From assembly GCA_051294375.1 (NCBI GenBank), contig CM119264.1, positions 16,651,245 through 16,715,244 on the forward strand: a stretch of 64,000 nt of DNA, read 5' to 3'. Shown in pieces: positions 1-13,097 of the stretch (the first letter of the stretch is position 1; each line of letters opens with the position of its first letter). The DNA is from Paraspadella gotoi. Lineage: Eukaryota; Animalia; Chaetognatha. The notes under the pieces were generated by a model. The model did no database searches. It was not told the DNA's origin and saw only the letters and a program-made list of their open reading frames with translations. A program made the translations under genes and the position numbers.

Positions 1-211
1 TTAACAAATAATGAAACTCATCTACATAAAACTCATTTTCAGGAACCCTGTTGAAAACTGATGGATTAATGTAAATAAAACAAGCAATCCTACCGCTGGT
101 CTTATGATAGGCTTTGGTGCTTTTGCTGTGGCCGTTTTGGGTCGCATGATATCATATGCAGTCCTACTTAATTATTATTATATTGTATATACTTTCGTCT
201 CATTTATTCTA

Positions 212-331
<120 letters not shown>

Positions 332-1230
332 TGGGCATCTGACAGAGCAAGCGACAGTTAATCCCATATCTTTATCTCTTTCCTTTCTTGTTGTACTCTT
401 CAACCTTGGCGTTTTTTCTTTCCTCCGACGATCCAAGGACATCATGGAAAGGAAGGATCGAAATTTTAATAAAATAAGAACACAAATAACACAACTCAAA
501 CCCAAAAAAAACAATATTAGTTTAACAAAAATTAATGTTGTTAGGCAATTCATAGACTAGTAATGAATGATATGAAATTAATTGGTTTTTTAAAGTAAGT
601 TAGTTTGTAAAACCGAGAGAGTTTAAACTCAATCCCAAAACGGTTTCGAATAAATTTGAAATGGATGTAAACTGGTTTAAATTTCTGAAATTGGTTTTTG
701 AAATTTCATTTCTGTACCGACATCGTTTTTTCCCATGGGCCGCCTATGGGCAGGGCGCTTCATTAGACATTAAAATGGAGAGCAGCAGAGGGAAAAAGAA
801 GGAAGATTTCGTGTGGTTGGGGTTTGGAAAGATTTTTTTTTTAATGCCTATTCTTTGTTGAAGAACCTTTAAGTTTCCATTTTTCCTCATTACAGATAGT
901 TTAATGTATATATTATTTTTACTGGGGTTATTTCATTTTTAAACTGGCCTAAGCCTTATGTTTACATTTCCTTCCTACCCGAGAAGTCACAAAACAACGA
1001 TAAACGTTGATTGTGTACATTGTTTTAAAACGAAAAGGGGTCTCCTCCGGATAACTTTAAACTAATATAATATTAAAAATTTGTACTTTTAATCGTATGA
1101 ACAAAAAAATTCACTGAGAACCAATAAGGGATCTCGAAAACATAAGAGAATTTAGATTGAACGCTGATTCGGTCGATAATGACCTCTGTGCTTTCAGCGG
1201 TTTTGCAGCGGGACAAAATTCTAAGCGAAC

Positions 1231-1340
1231 ATGCAACCCGGTCTCTCATGCTGCAACTGGGATGGATTAAACCCGGTGGAAAGGAACCCGGATCAAAGCG
1301 GCTTGAGACGTTGTGCGTCCGATGATGGATGGACGACCGG
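1231..1340 (+). CDS. Candidate N-terminal leader exon of Kv1 copy 1 (MQPGLSCCNWDGLNPVERNPDQSGLRRCASDDGWTTG)
   Basis: GC-richer island with acceptor ctttcag at 1191-1197, aacATG at 1231 after an in-frame TAA, and donor CGG|GTACTT at 1341. 110 nt = phase 2, which joins in frame to the acceptor at 1716/1717 (GG|G then SFPKNL). Confidence 0.55.
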
Positions 1341-1716
1341 GTACTTTCGTAGTGCCTTTTTCGTACGGCGGAAGAGAGAGTAGTAAGGGAAAGGAATATT
1401 TTTGCGTATGTTTCAAAAAAAAAATGCTACGTTAGGGGCAGGGACAGCTTGGAAAAATAGATTTAAACCCATGGATGCGTGTTTAGACTTAAGTTTCTAT
1501 GCATATGAATGCATTGGAGTAACTCTCTCAATGAGAGTCTCATTTTACATTAATATACTTCAAATACAGTAAACCAAAGTATATCAAAATCGCATAAAGG
1601 TTGTATTATCGGTTGTATTATCTCTCAATGTATTCTTTCCCTCACCCCACCCGTTTCCACCCTTCCTCCGGAACCTTATTTTCCCCTCCCTCCCCGGACC
1701 CCCCCCTGCTTATCAG

Positions 1717-3220
1717 GTCGTTTCCGAAAAACCTTTCCACGACGGAATCTCCCCGCATCGAGGAACAGGCGGAACCCACGGAAGGTCAGGTGGGATCGCC
1801 GTCGGACCTGGACGCCCCCGATCCTTCGGAACGCATCGTCATCAACATTTCCGGGATGCGGTTCGAGACGCAATTGAAAACGCTTCAGCAGTTCCCCGAC
1901 TCGCTGCTGGGCGACCCGGCGAAGCGGGTCAAGTACTACGACCCGCTCCGCAACGAGTACTACTTCGACCGGAACCGGCCGTCCTTCGACGCCATCCTCT
2001 ACTTCTACCAAAGCGGCGGGCGGTTGCGGCGACCCATCACCGTGCCCATCGACGTCTTCGGCGAGGAAATCAAGTTCTTCGAGCTGGGCGAGGACGTCGT
2101 CGAGCGCTACGGCGAGGACGAGGGACTGGTCAAGGAGGAGATCATCATCTACCCCGAGAACGCCTGCCAGAAGAAGATCTGGCTCCTCTTCGAGCATCCC
2201 GAGTCGAGCCAGGCCGCCCGCGTCATCGCCATCTTCTCCGTCTCCGTCATCATCCTCTCCATCGTCATTTTCTGCATGGAGACGTTGCCCGAGTTCAAAC
2301 ATTTCAAGGTCGTCTCCACCAACCAGACGGCCAACGGGACTTGGGTCGACGTGATTCGCGAGGACGACATCCCCGCCTTCAACGAACCCTTCTTCATCAT
2401 AGAGACAGGCTGCATAGTGTGGTTCACCTCGGAGCTGATCGTCCGCTTCCTCGTCTGTCCCGTCAAACTCCTCTTCTTCAAAACGGTCATGAACATTATC
2501 GACGTGGTGGCCATCATGCCTTACTTCATAACCCTGGGCACCGTGATCGCCGACGAGTCGCGAAAGAGCAACCAGGCCACCTCACTCGCCATCCTTAGGG
2601 TCATTAGGCTCGTCAGAGTCTTCCGTATCTTCAAACTCTCCAGACACTCGAAGGGGCTGCAGATTCTCGGGCAGACGCTGAAGGCGAGCATGCGCGAGTT
2701 GGCGCTGCTCATGTTCTTCCTCTTCATCGGCGTCATCCTCTTCTCCAGCGCCGTCTACTTCGCCGACATCGATCACCCGGAGACTCAGTTCAAGAGCATA
2801 CCTGAGGCTTTCTGGTGGGCGGTCGTCACAATGACGACGGTAGGTTACGGAGACATGCGTCCCATGGGGGTGTGGGGAAAGTTGGTAGGGTCTCTCTGCG
2901 CCATCACGGGAGTGCTGACCATCGCCCTGCCCGTTCCGGTCATCGTCTCCAACTTTAACTACTTCTACCACCGAGAAACGGACGCCGAGGAAAAGAGCTT
3001 CCTCAAGTTCGAACAGGTCGCCACCTGCGGGTTCTCCCCAACGCCCTCCACGAGAAAGCGGGTGTTGAGCGGCGAAAGCGAAGGGGAGGATGGCGGGGAG
3101 GGCGGTGGCGAGAGCGCCGGAGGTGGGGGGGACGCTGAGGAAGGCGGAATGCCGCTCGTCACAAACCCAGCCGCAAAATCCAACCACTTGGAAGAAGGGT
3201 TAGAAACCACCAAGGTCTAG
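1717..3220 (+). CDS. Sh: Shaker/Kv1 voltage-gated K+ channel, copy 1 (single-exon channel body)
   Basis: T1 ([15 protein letters not shown]...[24 protein letters not shown]), S4 [24 protein letters not shown], pore [10 protein letters not shown]6 PVP, C-terminus ETTKV. The ORF track starts at TTG 1601 inside a pyrimidine tract; the splice acceptor tatcag|g at 1716 is the more likely boundary. Confidence 0.96.
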
Positions 3221-4608
3221 TAGGATGGAAACGGTAGATAAGTATGTTTTCAAATGGATAAGAATGACAGATGAGGACAATTGAGGAAGTTGAGTCTAGT
3301 TGTCCGAGTTAACTATCGCATTGAAGCGGCGGTCACACTCGTTGATGGACTTGTTTCTGCGAAAAGATAAAATATATTCGTTCTCCTCAAATTTTTTTTA
3401 AGGCTGAGGTAGCGACGGTTCGGAACAAACGATTTTTTCGCATTATCAAACTTACAGCTTTTATTCATTTCTCCTTCGTTTTTTATTTTTATCTTCAGGT
3501 TTATTAAACGTTTCTATTCGATTGTGTTTTTGTTTTTGTTTTTTTGTTTTTTTTCATTAAAATTGTTTTCTGTACTATTTTTTATTTATGTTTACTTTTT
3601 CTTTCGAGTTTATTTCTTCAAGTTTTTTGTCTTCCTCTTGTCATTTCATTCTCCCTCTGCGGGTCTTTCAGTATCTCTTTTAGTTAATCTGATCAACACC
3701 CGGCATTAAAATTGATAAAATGGAGGTGACACTTTTGACTGTAACGGAAATCAAATTACATATTGAGATTTTGAGTATTCAGACAAAATATAGCTTTATA
3801 TTGATTATCTGCATGAAACTTAAAACTAAATCATGACATGATAAAATAATAATTATTAAAATAAAATTAAGGTTTATTATCATCTTTACAGCAGGGAAAA
3901 AAACTTTAGGCGTCTTATTTTCATTTTCAAGTTTCCGAAACATTATCTGTTTCATGTAGCTGAGTAAAAACTCACAAGGAAAAAAAATTAAAGGATTATC
4001 GTTGAGAAGAAAAATTAGCTGCGCCAAATCCAGGGTTGGTTACCGAAAACAAAATGGCAGAATCCGCATTACAAGTGAAAATTCACTTTGCAACTAGAGG
4101 CGACTTATTCTCGTGGAGGTGAAGGGCGAGGATAGAGAGATGAAAATCTTCCAGCAGAGTTTGTACGACGGGGCTAGCTGACGTTTATGGTATCTCTTGA
4201 TCACACAGAAGTATAATTTAAGTTATTTTAAACAACTTTAACCATTTAGAATACAATTGCAATATTTTTTTATGCTTTTTTCTATTGCTCTTTTATGAAA
4301 CAGTAATAGGAATGAATGGATGTGCGTTTTCGAGCATGGTACCGCACGTGTTTGCATGTTACTGCAACATTTTTTTTATCCAGTGTGAGCATGAGATCCA
4401 ATCTGCATCGTGACTAGTACACGATGCTCCGTCCCGAACTCTGCCGCCCCCATAAGACGCATGGCTCCGGTATTTTCAGTATTTATTATTAGAATTTAAC
4501 TCTCTCAACCCTTTATTGATTAAAAAAAAACATTGCTGCCTTATTAATTCGGTATGGCCTTCAGTAATTCGCATGTCTTTTTTTTTTTGTTCCCGACAGT
4601 GACCTTAT

Positions 4609-4609
<1 letters not shown>

Positions 4610-4661
<52 letters not shown>
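4610..4661. repeat. (GA)n microsatellite
   Basis: Pure GA run. Confidence 0.9.
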
Positions 4662-4664
<3 letters not shown>

Positions 4665-7149
4665 GTGTTCGTCAGGGGCTGAGATGTCCGAACCCCCCGA
4701 GAGAGGGTTCGGCTCAACGCCCGGTGACCAACTCCGTCCATAGACTCATTGAGCCTCTCGAAAGCCTCCCAGGATGCATCTTGGACGGGTTTCCTCCGAG
4801 TACCGAGCGTGGCTTCGTCACCGCGCTCGTTACCGTCCGATCGATGTTAAATTTTGAGCTTTTTCGATTTTAAAATATGTATCCGTAGCTGATTAAATCC
4901 CAAAAAATGTTTAGCCAATCCCGATTTTTTTTTTTTTTTTTTTTTTTTTTTCAAAGTCGCGACAACAATTTTTTTAATGGAACACGTTCTAATCGCTGTT
5001 TAAGTTACCATCTATATGATAGAATTTAAAACGAAAATTTCAAAAGCGTTATTTTGCTAATGTGTCAGCTTTATTTTATTATTCAAAGAAGAGTTAAATT
5101 CGGGAGATAATTTCACTACAAGAAATGATTGATAACGTTGGAATAAATCATGCTTATGTTTTTGCCTATTTTTAGCTTTGCTAGTACCTCAAAATACATT
5201 ATTTATTTTCATTCTTTTCGTCTTTTAAAAAAACTTTTCCGTATTTCCGAAACTACTTCTTGCCTTATTTCAGCAGTCTACATTAAAAATCAAAACAGTA
5301 TGCAATAATCACAATCACTAGTCCCATATGTGCCATTTTATACCACGAGTGTTTCAAATTTTAAAAAAACCCGACGTGCTCATTTTGTATATATTGTAAA
5401 AATATTTTGCTGTAAATTTGTTACTATCTCCAATATATTGGCCCAAAGTACAAAAACGATTTTACACTGGTTTATCCGACTTGTACAATCTCATTGCTAC
5501 AAATACTCCGCCATACAGTAGTGGTAAAACGTGATACTACATTGTTTTATATAGACTGATTTTACTAATCAGCTATTATCAACTCTCTCATAATCATTAC
5601 AGTAGCATCGTCATGTTATACTTCAGTTAGTATTCGTTTTGTTGTTTCGCGACAAAACCAGTTTATTTCATTTGTACTTTTACTATTTGAAAAATATAGG
5701 GAAAAATGCTGTCATTCCTTCTACAACGGTTCGTCATCTTGATAAGAGTTGACATAGTTTAGATTTCTAGGACCACTTTTAAAAAACATACACCCAACAA
5801 CAAGAGTTATTACTCAATGTTAAGCCTGTTGGAGAACTGATTTATTTTCGATTTCTTTAATGCGACCTTTTTCAAAATTGTTTTTTTTTTTAATAATAGT
5901 TTTCCCAACCTGTCATATCACCCCATCCCCATGCTTTTTTGTTTATGGTACGAAAAACTTCTTACGGCTATCTTGGCAGTTTATTTATGGTTTTACGTTT
6001 TCTAACAATGCCATAATACTCTTTTCTACAGAGTTGGTGTCTGGTGTATTGTGTAAAGATTATTGTAATATTGCACATCGAATTTCATATAAAATGTTGC
6101 ATCATTTTTTTACAAAGACCCTATCGTTTTTATTCATTTAACAACTATTAGCAAGAATGGTTATATAATTTTTTTTCTTTTGATTGAATATACCAAATAA
6201 GAATCAGTTACTTACGACTGCGAGTAAGGAGCTAAAAAAAGAAAAACGTAGAACGTAGAAAAAATATTTTTAAAAATATGAGAGAGGTAGAGGACGAGAA
6301 GAGCTTTATGTTATGTAGGACATCCTGTCAAATATCAGATATAGAAAGATATTTCTTCCAATTACAGTTACAATAGTTTATGATGACGATAAGAAGATTT
6401 CAGTTCATATTCCATTTTAAATTAAAGACCTTAAGGTGACTAACGTGTTGACGATTTCAGAAAAACTAGGAGTCAAAGAAAGAATTGCTTATTCGATAAG
6501 TTATTGAAACTCGGACTTACGACGGGTTTTGGTGGCTCCATTAAAGAAGACTTACGCAATCATTTTTTTAAAACAACAACGACTACAAGGATACATTAGT
6601 GGCAGCCAGCGATCATCGATCTTGTGCCAGTCAACTCTGCTCCTTAGCTTCTACTTACCACCTCCCAATTTGACACGCCTAGAGTTCCTACCACTCTTCG
6701 TTTTTCTCTCTCTGCCTCATTCGCTTACTGGTTCCGCTTCTTCCAAGTTCTTTCCTTCATTCCGCCCCCCCTTTCCGGTTCCAATCTTTCTATTTTTTAA
6801 GCAAGTCTTTCGTTCCATTCCCCCTTTCTCTCTCTCTATCTTTATCTCTTTCTCTATCGTCTTATATCCCTGTAACCACGAAGTTGACGACGACGACAAA
6901 AACCTGGACTCTTCTTCTTTGCCAACGTCGTCGTTGTCGTCGTTGTCTTCGTAGTCATTGTTGACCTTTTTCTGCTACTTTCGACGCCGGATTCCGACGT
7001 CACGGATTCAAAGTAACGCCGCTTTTTCGAGCGGCGCCGTTACTTTTTCCGACCCCGAAAACCGGGGTGCGTGTCCGGCGTGGAGATCGCCTGACTCGTC
7101 GGCGTCGCGCACACGCACATGCCGCACGCCAAAAGAGAAAGAATGGGAG

Positions 7150-7150
7150 A

Positions 7151-7233
<83 letters not shown>

Positions 7234-7265
7234 GGAGAGAGAGAGAGACAAAGAGAGAGAGAGAA
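7150..7265. repeat. (GA)n microsatellite
   Basis: Slightly interrupted GA run downstream of a CpG-rich block. Confidence 0.9.
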
Positions 7266-7785
7266 GAAGAAGAATCGATCAAGTTGGAAGAATTTCTATG
7301 TGTTGGTTTGTCGACGCCGCCGTCTTATACGGAAAGGGCAACAGATTTGTGAAAAAAAATGGAAGAACCCCAAAAAATCAAAAAATTAAAAAACAAAAAA
7401 ACAAAAAAACAAAAATAACTCTTTTACTTATTCTTTCCTTCTTTACTTATTTCTATTTTTATTCACTATTTTTGTAATTTCTTTTGCAGCTGACCCCCTT
7501 AATCGGTATTCGTTTGAATTTTTTTTTTATCACATTTTTTTAAAAAATTATCATTATTATTTTCGGATAAAAATTTTAATTCTCATACTTTTCATAGTGG
7601 ACACTAAAATAATTTGCTCTTTTTTTAACATGTCGTTTTCATATTGTGAAATACTTGGATTAGACTCCTCTTTCCAAGATTCGCGAAAGGGAGCGTTTTT
7701 GTTGAAATTACAACACTTTTATAAGCCGCAATTTTGTGCCCAAAAAAATGCTAACAGGATTTTTAAACATTTAGTTATAACAATT

Positions 7786-7828
7786 TACGCTGATGAAGGC
7801 TAGAGTTAAGAGCCAAAACATGTCCGAT
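7786..7828 (+). ncRNA. Degenerate minimal hammerhead ribozyme motif (Penelope-like pLTR relic)
   Basis: tacg-CTGATGA-a-ggct..agcc-AAAAC-AT-GTC-cga. Homologous to 48031-48073, but the GAAA core reads AAAA. Confidence 0.55.
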
Positions 7829-8690
7829 ATTTACTGTTATTGTAAATAAAACTTTGCCATTGCCAAAACAAACAAATTTCTCTCCTTAATTTGAAGATAG
7901 TCTAAAGGAATTCACAGTTATAACTGTTATAGTTGAAAATGCATTTGCAAAAACAACTACTGAAATTATAACAAACACTACAATCAAAAATGCTAGCATA
8001 ACAACCACAACTACCATAACCACCATATAAACCATAATCACCATAACCAGAATTGAAACAACAACCACATAGAAAAAAATAGAAATTATAAATATTGGTA
8101 GTGAATTGTATTAAATACAAAAAAGAAATTGTAAGAATAATCATAACTTATCATCTGATCCGCTGATTACCGCTAATGCCGGCGTGCAGATCCGGCGTTG
8201 TTTGCACAAACTTCTTTTTTTATATTTAAGAGTTACGGCCTTTTTAACCGACCGGTTAATTTGTCCACGTATATTATAATTAAATAATAGCCCCAAATTC
8301 CCCCTTTCGTTAGTTACTGGGCGATCGACGAAACGGCCTTTTCAAGCTCATGGCCTCTCAACACAACAATCGTCACTCGACCAACCGGTCGACCGAACGG
8401 AATCAGTCGATCCGGAAATGACTATCGTTATATTATCACTTTAAATAAAGATATTTTCTTAAACATATTCATAAGATGCAGCGAAATTGAGCGGAGGCTC
8501 ATCTTCTCTATGAGTCATGATGTAAAAAGAACGGATATTCGAAGACCGAGAATATGTCAAGGATACCGCAGCTATCTGTTTAACTACCCAACGAAAAACG
8601 ATTAAACGAACGAAAAAAAAGGATCGAATAAGAAAAAAAAAAAGCAAAAAAACAAAAAAACAAAACCTAATTACCTTTTTTCCTATAAAA

Positions 8691-8820
8691 ATGAGTGACT
8701 CGGAGATTTACTTCGATCAAAAGAAGAAGAAGAAGAGGAAAGAAGGAGAAGGGAGGAGAAAGAAGAAGGCAAACTCTCATCATCATCTCGACAGACGAGG
8801 GAATCATCAGCACAACGCAG
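8691..8820 (+). CDS. Candidate first leader exon for Kv1 copy 2 (MSDSEIYFDQKKKKKRKEG...HQHNA-G)
   Basis: aaaATG at 8691 and donor CAG|GTTTGA at 8821 (weak). 130 nt = phase 1, matching the only open frame of exon 9511-9628. Confidence 0.4.
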
Positions 8821-9510
8821 GTTTGATATCGGTTATGAATTTCTTTGATCGAAAGATTATTTTCATACGAGAAAGACTGACAGACTCGATTGTCACGTTA
8901 TATGGTTCATTGATTCGCATAGTAGCTGACAGCGTTGACAACCTCTTCTCTCTCTCTTTCTTCTTCACAAACTTGTCTTAATCTCTTTCAACCTTCCTGG
9001 AATTTTACTCCTAGAATGTTTGTATCATTCTAAACAATAAAGTGCGAATGGCTAAACTAGTGGAAAATGTTAGACTCATAATTATCATTTTTGTTTCCTT
9101 CCATTTCATCAACCGAGCGTTGATGATATTTTAACCTGTTCGCTTTATTCTCATTAAATGAGTGATGAGTCTTTTTTTTCTCTACTCGGCGCTCTGGTGT
9201 AACTCAAGTCGGCGTTGCTCTTTTGTTGCCTCCTCTCGACATAAATACGCTTCTTAGAAAAAGGATTTGTGCTTGTCAGGGTTTTTCTACAAATTCAGAC
9301 GTCGTTGTTAGAAAATATAATGGCTGGAATTCATTGTTTATTCTTTTAGTTCTAACAAGTCGATTTGTGATAGCATTTCATTTCATGATTCTGGTTCTTT
9401 TTCTTCATTTTGTTGAATTGATTTTAGTCTTAAAGTTCCTACGAAAATATACGAACAGACCGAAGAATAAAGAGATTTCTTAATGATGAATCTTGTTTTT
9501 TATTTTGTAG

Positions 9511-9628
9511 GGTGCGTTGCTCGCGCCACCAAAACAGACGCCATCTTGTGGGACGCCGCCGTGACGCCTGAGGAGAAGCGCGAACGTCAACCTCTGGCTT
9601 TCGACGGACGCAAAAAGACGGCGTCAAG
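9511..9628 (+). CDS. Candidate internal leader exon for Kv1 copy 2 (GCVARATKTDAILWDAAVTPEEKRERQPLAFDGRKKTAS-R)
   Basis: GC-rich 118-nt island between a strong acceptor (tttttattttgtag|) and donor AAG|GTAATA. Only one frame is open (phase 1 in, phase 2 out), and it joins the acceptor at 13603/13604 as AG|A = R-SFSKL. Confidence 0.6.
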
Positions 9629-10335
9629 GTAATAAATGTATAGTTTTTTAAACATTTCTTTATTACACCTTGTATAATTATAAATTCTTATACTATATAT
9701 TATATTATATATAATCTTTTTCATTATAAATTAGGCCATTATCTGGAACGAGGATCTTTCATTACATTCTAAAACATAAAAATACTTAAGAGATAGAAAC
9801 CTAGAATTAGAAAACTTTTTTCCACAACCAAATTATTCTTATACACAGTACGCATTGAGTGTGTTTTAAAATCTCCACGAATAAAATTTCCTTTTGATGT
9901 CTGGTCCTTCTTTCCCACCATGATATGAAAAATTACACGCACAACCCAAAAAAATTTCACTTCGCACAATCTTAATTCCTTTCCTTGTAACCGGAGCTCT
10001 TTCTTTAGATTTTAGTTGAAAAGGGTTTTAAATTTTATATAGAAAATTCGGGATAAAAATATGAAGAGAAAGTTTGCTGGTCAGCGGGTTTAAATTTCGA
10101 CGTCTCTTTGTATCGATTTTCTGTATAGAAAAGGAAAAAACAAAAACCTCCTCTTTCTATTTAGACATGGACCGATTTTGGTTTTTTTTTATTATTATTA
10201 TTTTTTTTTTTGAACCCGTCAAACCCTTTCTCAGCATTTTTGGGCAAAAACGATAGCTCAGCGCTGGAATGTAAAATAATAAAACTTATCCAAGTTCGCT
10301 AAATCTTTTCGTGAAAGTGGCGAGTTGCGTCGCCC

Positions 10336-10338
<3 letters not shown>

Positions 10339-10431
<93 letters not shown>

Positions 10432-10440
10432 CTCTCTCTC
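10339..10440. repeat. (TC)n microsatellite
   Basis: TC run with few interruptions. Confidence 0.9.
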
Positions 10441-10976
10441 CGCCTTCCAAGACGGAACTGAAGCAACCATCAGTTACTCTGATTTTCTTTTTTTCCTCTT
10501 CCTCTTTTTCCTTTCCTTTCTTCTTCATCCTCCTCTTCCTCCGCTTTCTCTGCGATGCCTTTTCCAAACACGCTCCTAAGGAGAAGACGTGCATATTCGA
10601 GGAGAAATCGCTCCTAGTTCTGTCGCTTCTTGGGCCTAATTCGCTTCTCCGCTTTTGATAAATGATATACGGCTTACGAGAAATGAGATCAAAACATAGA
10701 ACTTGAGGCGACTTGACCTTACGGTGTCCTCGGCCCTGTTGAACGGTTGGTGGAATTTAGTCCACCAAAAGCTTGTATCACCCGTGTTCATTCACGAATT
10801 ACACAAAAAGAATCCTTAGCGAATTAATTTTTTTTTAAACTTGAAACTTAAATTAAATTAAAAATTTTTCGCGCCGGAGTAGTGGTTGATGACAGGAAAC
10901 CACGGTTTTTAATCGTTATATTTCATAAACTAGTTAGAATTCAATTTAAAAACTAGTTAATAGTTATGTTTTTTAA

Positions 10977-11095
<119 letters not shown>

Positions 11096-12326
11096 AGAGA
11101 AGAAAGATAAAAAAATGAAGCAAATACAGATGAAAGTTTCGAGTACCATATATGTAGTATTTCCCGATCTAATACTTAAGTGAGCACTGAGCAGTCTTTT
11201 TATACAATTAGAGGTATAGAGATTTTATCCCATCATTGCCTGTCCTAAGTCTGGAGGCAGGACAGCTTATTTATTGAAAGAATGGATAATTTTTATATTA
11301 GTTGTTCCAATTTCCTAAAAGTAAAAACGATGTTCGTCATCAGGTTCGTCGTCATCTTTGTTTAAAGTCAAAGAATTATTGCTCGTCGTGATCGTCATTC
11401 TTTTCCTCGCCCCATTTGTCAGCTCTGCGATTTTCGAGATTCAAAGACCCTGAATCTTTCTCATCATTAGTTATCCTTCCTGTCCAATGCCCTTTTTTAT
11501 CTTTAATTTCGCTTTTTCTTTTTTATAAATTTTACATCTTTACTTATTTTGCTGCCCGTTACTGTACTGTCCTTTTCGAGTTCGAAGCCTTTCTCTTTTC
11601 AGTTACGTACTGGGACTTCAATTTGGACTGATACGAAAAGACTTGTAATATAATCGAAACGAAGAGCAATCATGTTATAAAATTTTTTTTACTGAGAGAA
11701 AAATACTTGACTTTTTTTTCCCACCAATTCGTAACATTCTAGGCCTAGCTATAGGATAGTTGCGACGTTATAAACATTTTCCCCAGAGGGTAAATTTCTG
11801 AAGAAGCATTTTTTACTTTGAAATTTTTACTTTGAGAGTGGATCTTACTATCAATCCTTCATTTCCCATTAAAACAATTGAATTTTTTTTTATGCTTCAT
11901 TTTTATGATTAATAAGATAGTGTAGTAAATGTATCACGAAACTTCTTTATCTTAAATTTTTTAACCGACTGTTTAGTACATTCTCTCTCTCTCTCTCTCT
12001 CCCTCTTTCTTCTTTCTTTCTTCTTCTTTCTTTCTTTCTTCTTTCTTTTCTTTTTTCTTTCTTTCTTTTTTTCTTTCCTTCTTTCTTTGTTTTTTATTAC
12101 TTTTTTAATAATAAAAAAAGTCCCCTCGAGCATCCTTCTCGAGTTCTTCCAGGAAGAGAAAGGCATACCGGGAACGAGGCCTCGTTTCAGACTTGCGCCA
12201 TCGGGCATGGCCTCCCTCAAAACGATCACCCGGTCACTTTGTTGCCACTTTAGGTTTTCCAAAAAAAATTAGAGGATCCCTCGTAATTACTACACAACAC
12301 AAGAGATGCCCCTGGACGGAGAGAGA

Positions 12327-12329
<3 letters not shown>

Positions 12330-12409
<80 letters not shown>

Positions 12410-12510
12410 TGCTTCATCGGCAATAGCGAGAGCGGGGTCGCGTATTCCAGTAAACGCACGTTCAACGATTGGTTCTTCTTCGTCGCGGAACGTGCGCGCG
12501 CAGCCTGGGC

Positions 12511-12590
<80 letters not shown>

Positions 12591-12686
12591 ACAAAAAATT
12601 GCAGCCCGCGTGCTTTAGCGGACGCCTCCTCCGCTGCTGCTGTTGGTGGTTGCCTAGTGGCACGCGAAAAAGACGTGGCAAGAAGA

Positions 12687-12752
<66 letters not shown>
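12330..12752. repeat. Alternating (GA)n / (TC)n / (GA)n tracts separated by CpG-rich spacers, upstream of Kv1 copy 2
   Basis: GA ~12330-12406, TC ~12512-12590, GA ~12690-12752. Confidence 0.9.
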
Positions 12753-12755
<3 letters not shown>

Positions 12756-13097
12756 CGTGCGCACATAACGTGAGCGCCATCCGGGACGAACAAATGCTTT
12801 TTCCTTCACTCTCTCTCTCTTTTCTCACACACAGTCCAACTTGCTTAAAAGCCCTCGTCGGGAGAGGCGGCCATTTTGGGGCAAATAATAACTATACACA
12901 TTAATTTTTTTATCGAATGTGTAACCACGTCAAACCAAAGGGAGTCGCGACGCGGAAGAGGAACGGCTTTCAAAATTTCCAAATTGGACTTCATCGAGAA
13001 ATGGGGGTTGGCCCCCGTCCTCCGGCCTCAGTTCCGAACCTACAACGTCGATGTGGCGTTGCCTGGGACGGAAGATGGCCCCGAGGTGATTGCACCA

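Noticed and set aside
1601-1716. ORF-track N-termini for the Kv1 copies (TTG 1601, TTG 12876, GTG 26484)
   Set aside because: Non-ATG starts are not expected in this eukaryotic context; 1601-1716 reads as an intronic pyrimidine tract ending in CAG.
1676-3213. Long antisense and alternate-frame ORFs overlapping the Kv1 genes (recurring in all four copies)
   Set aside because: Expected shadow of GC3-rich conserved codons; no independent evidence.
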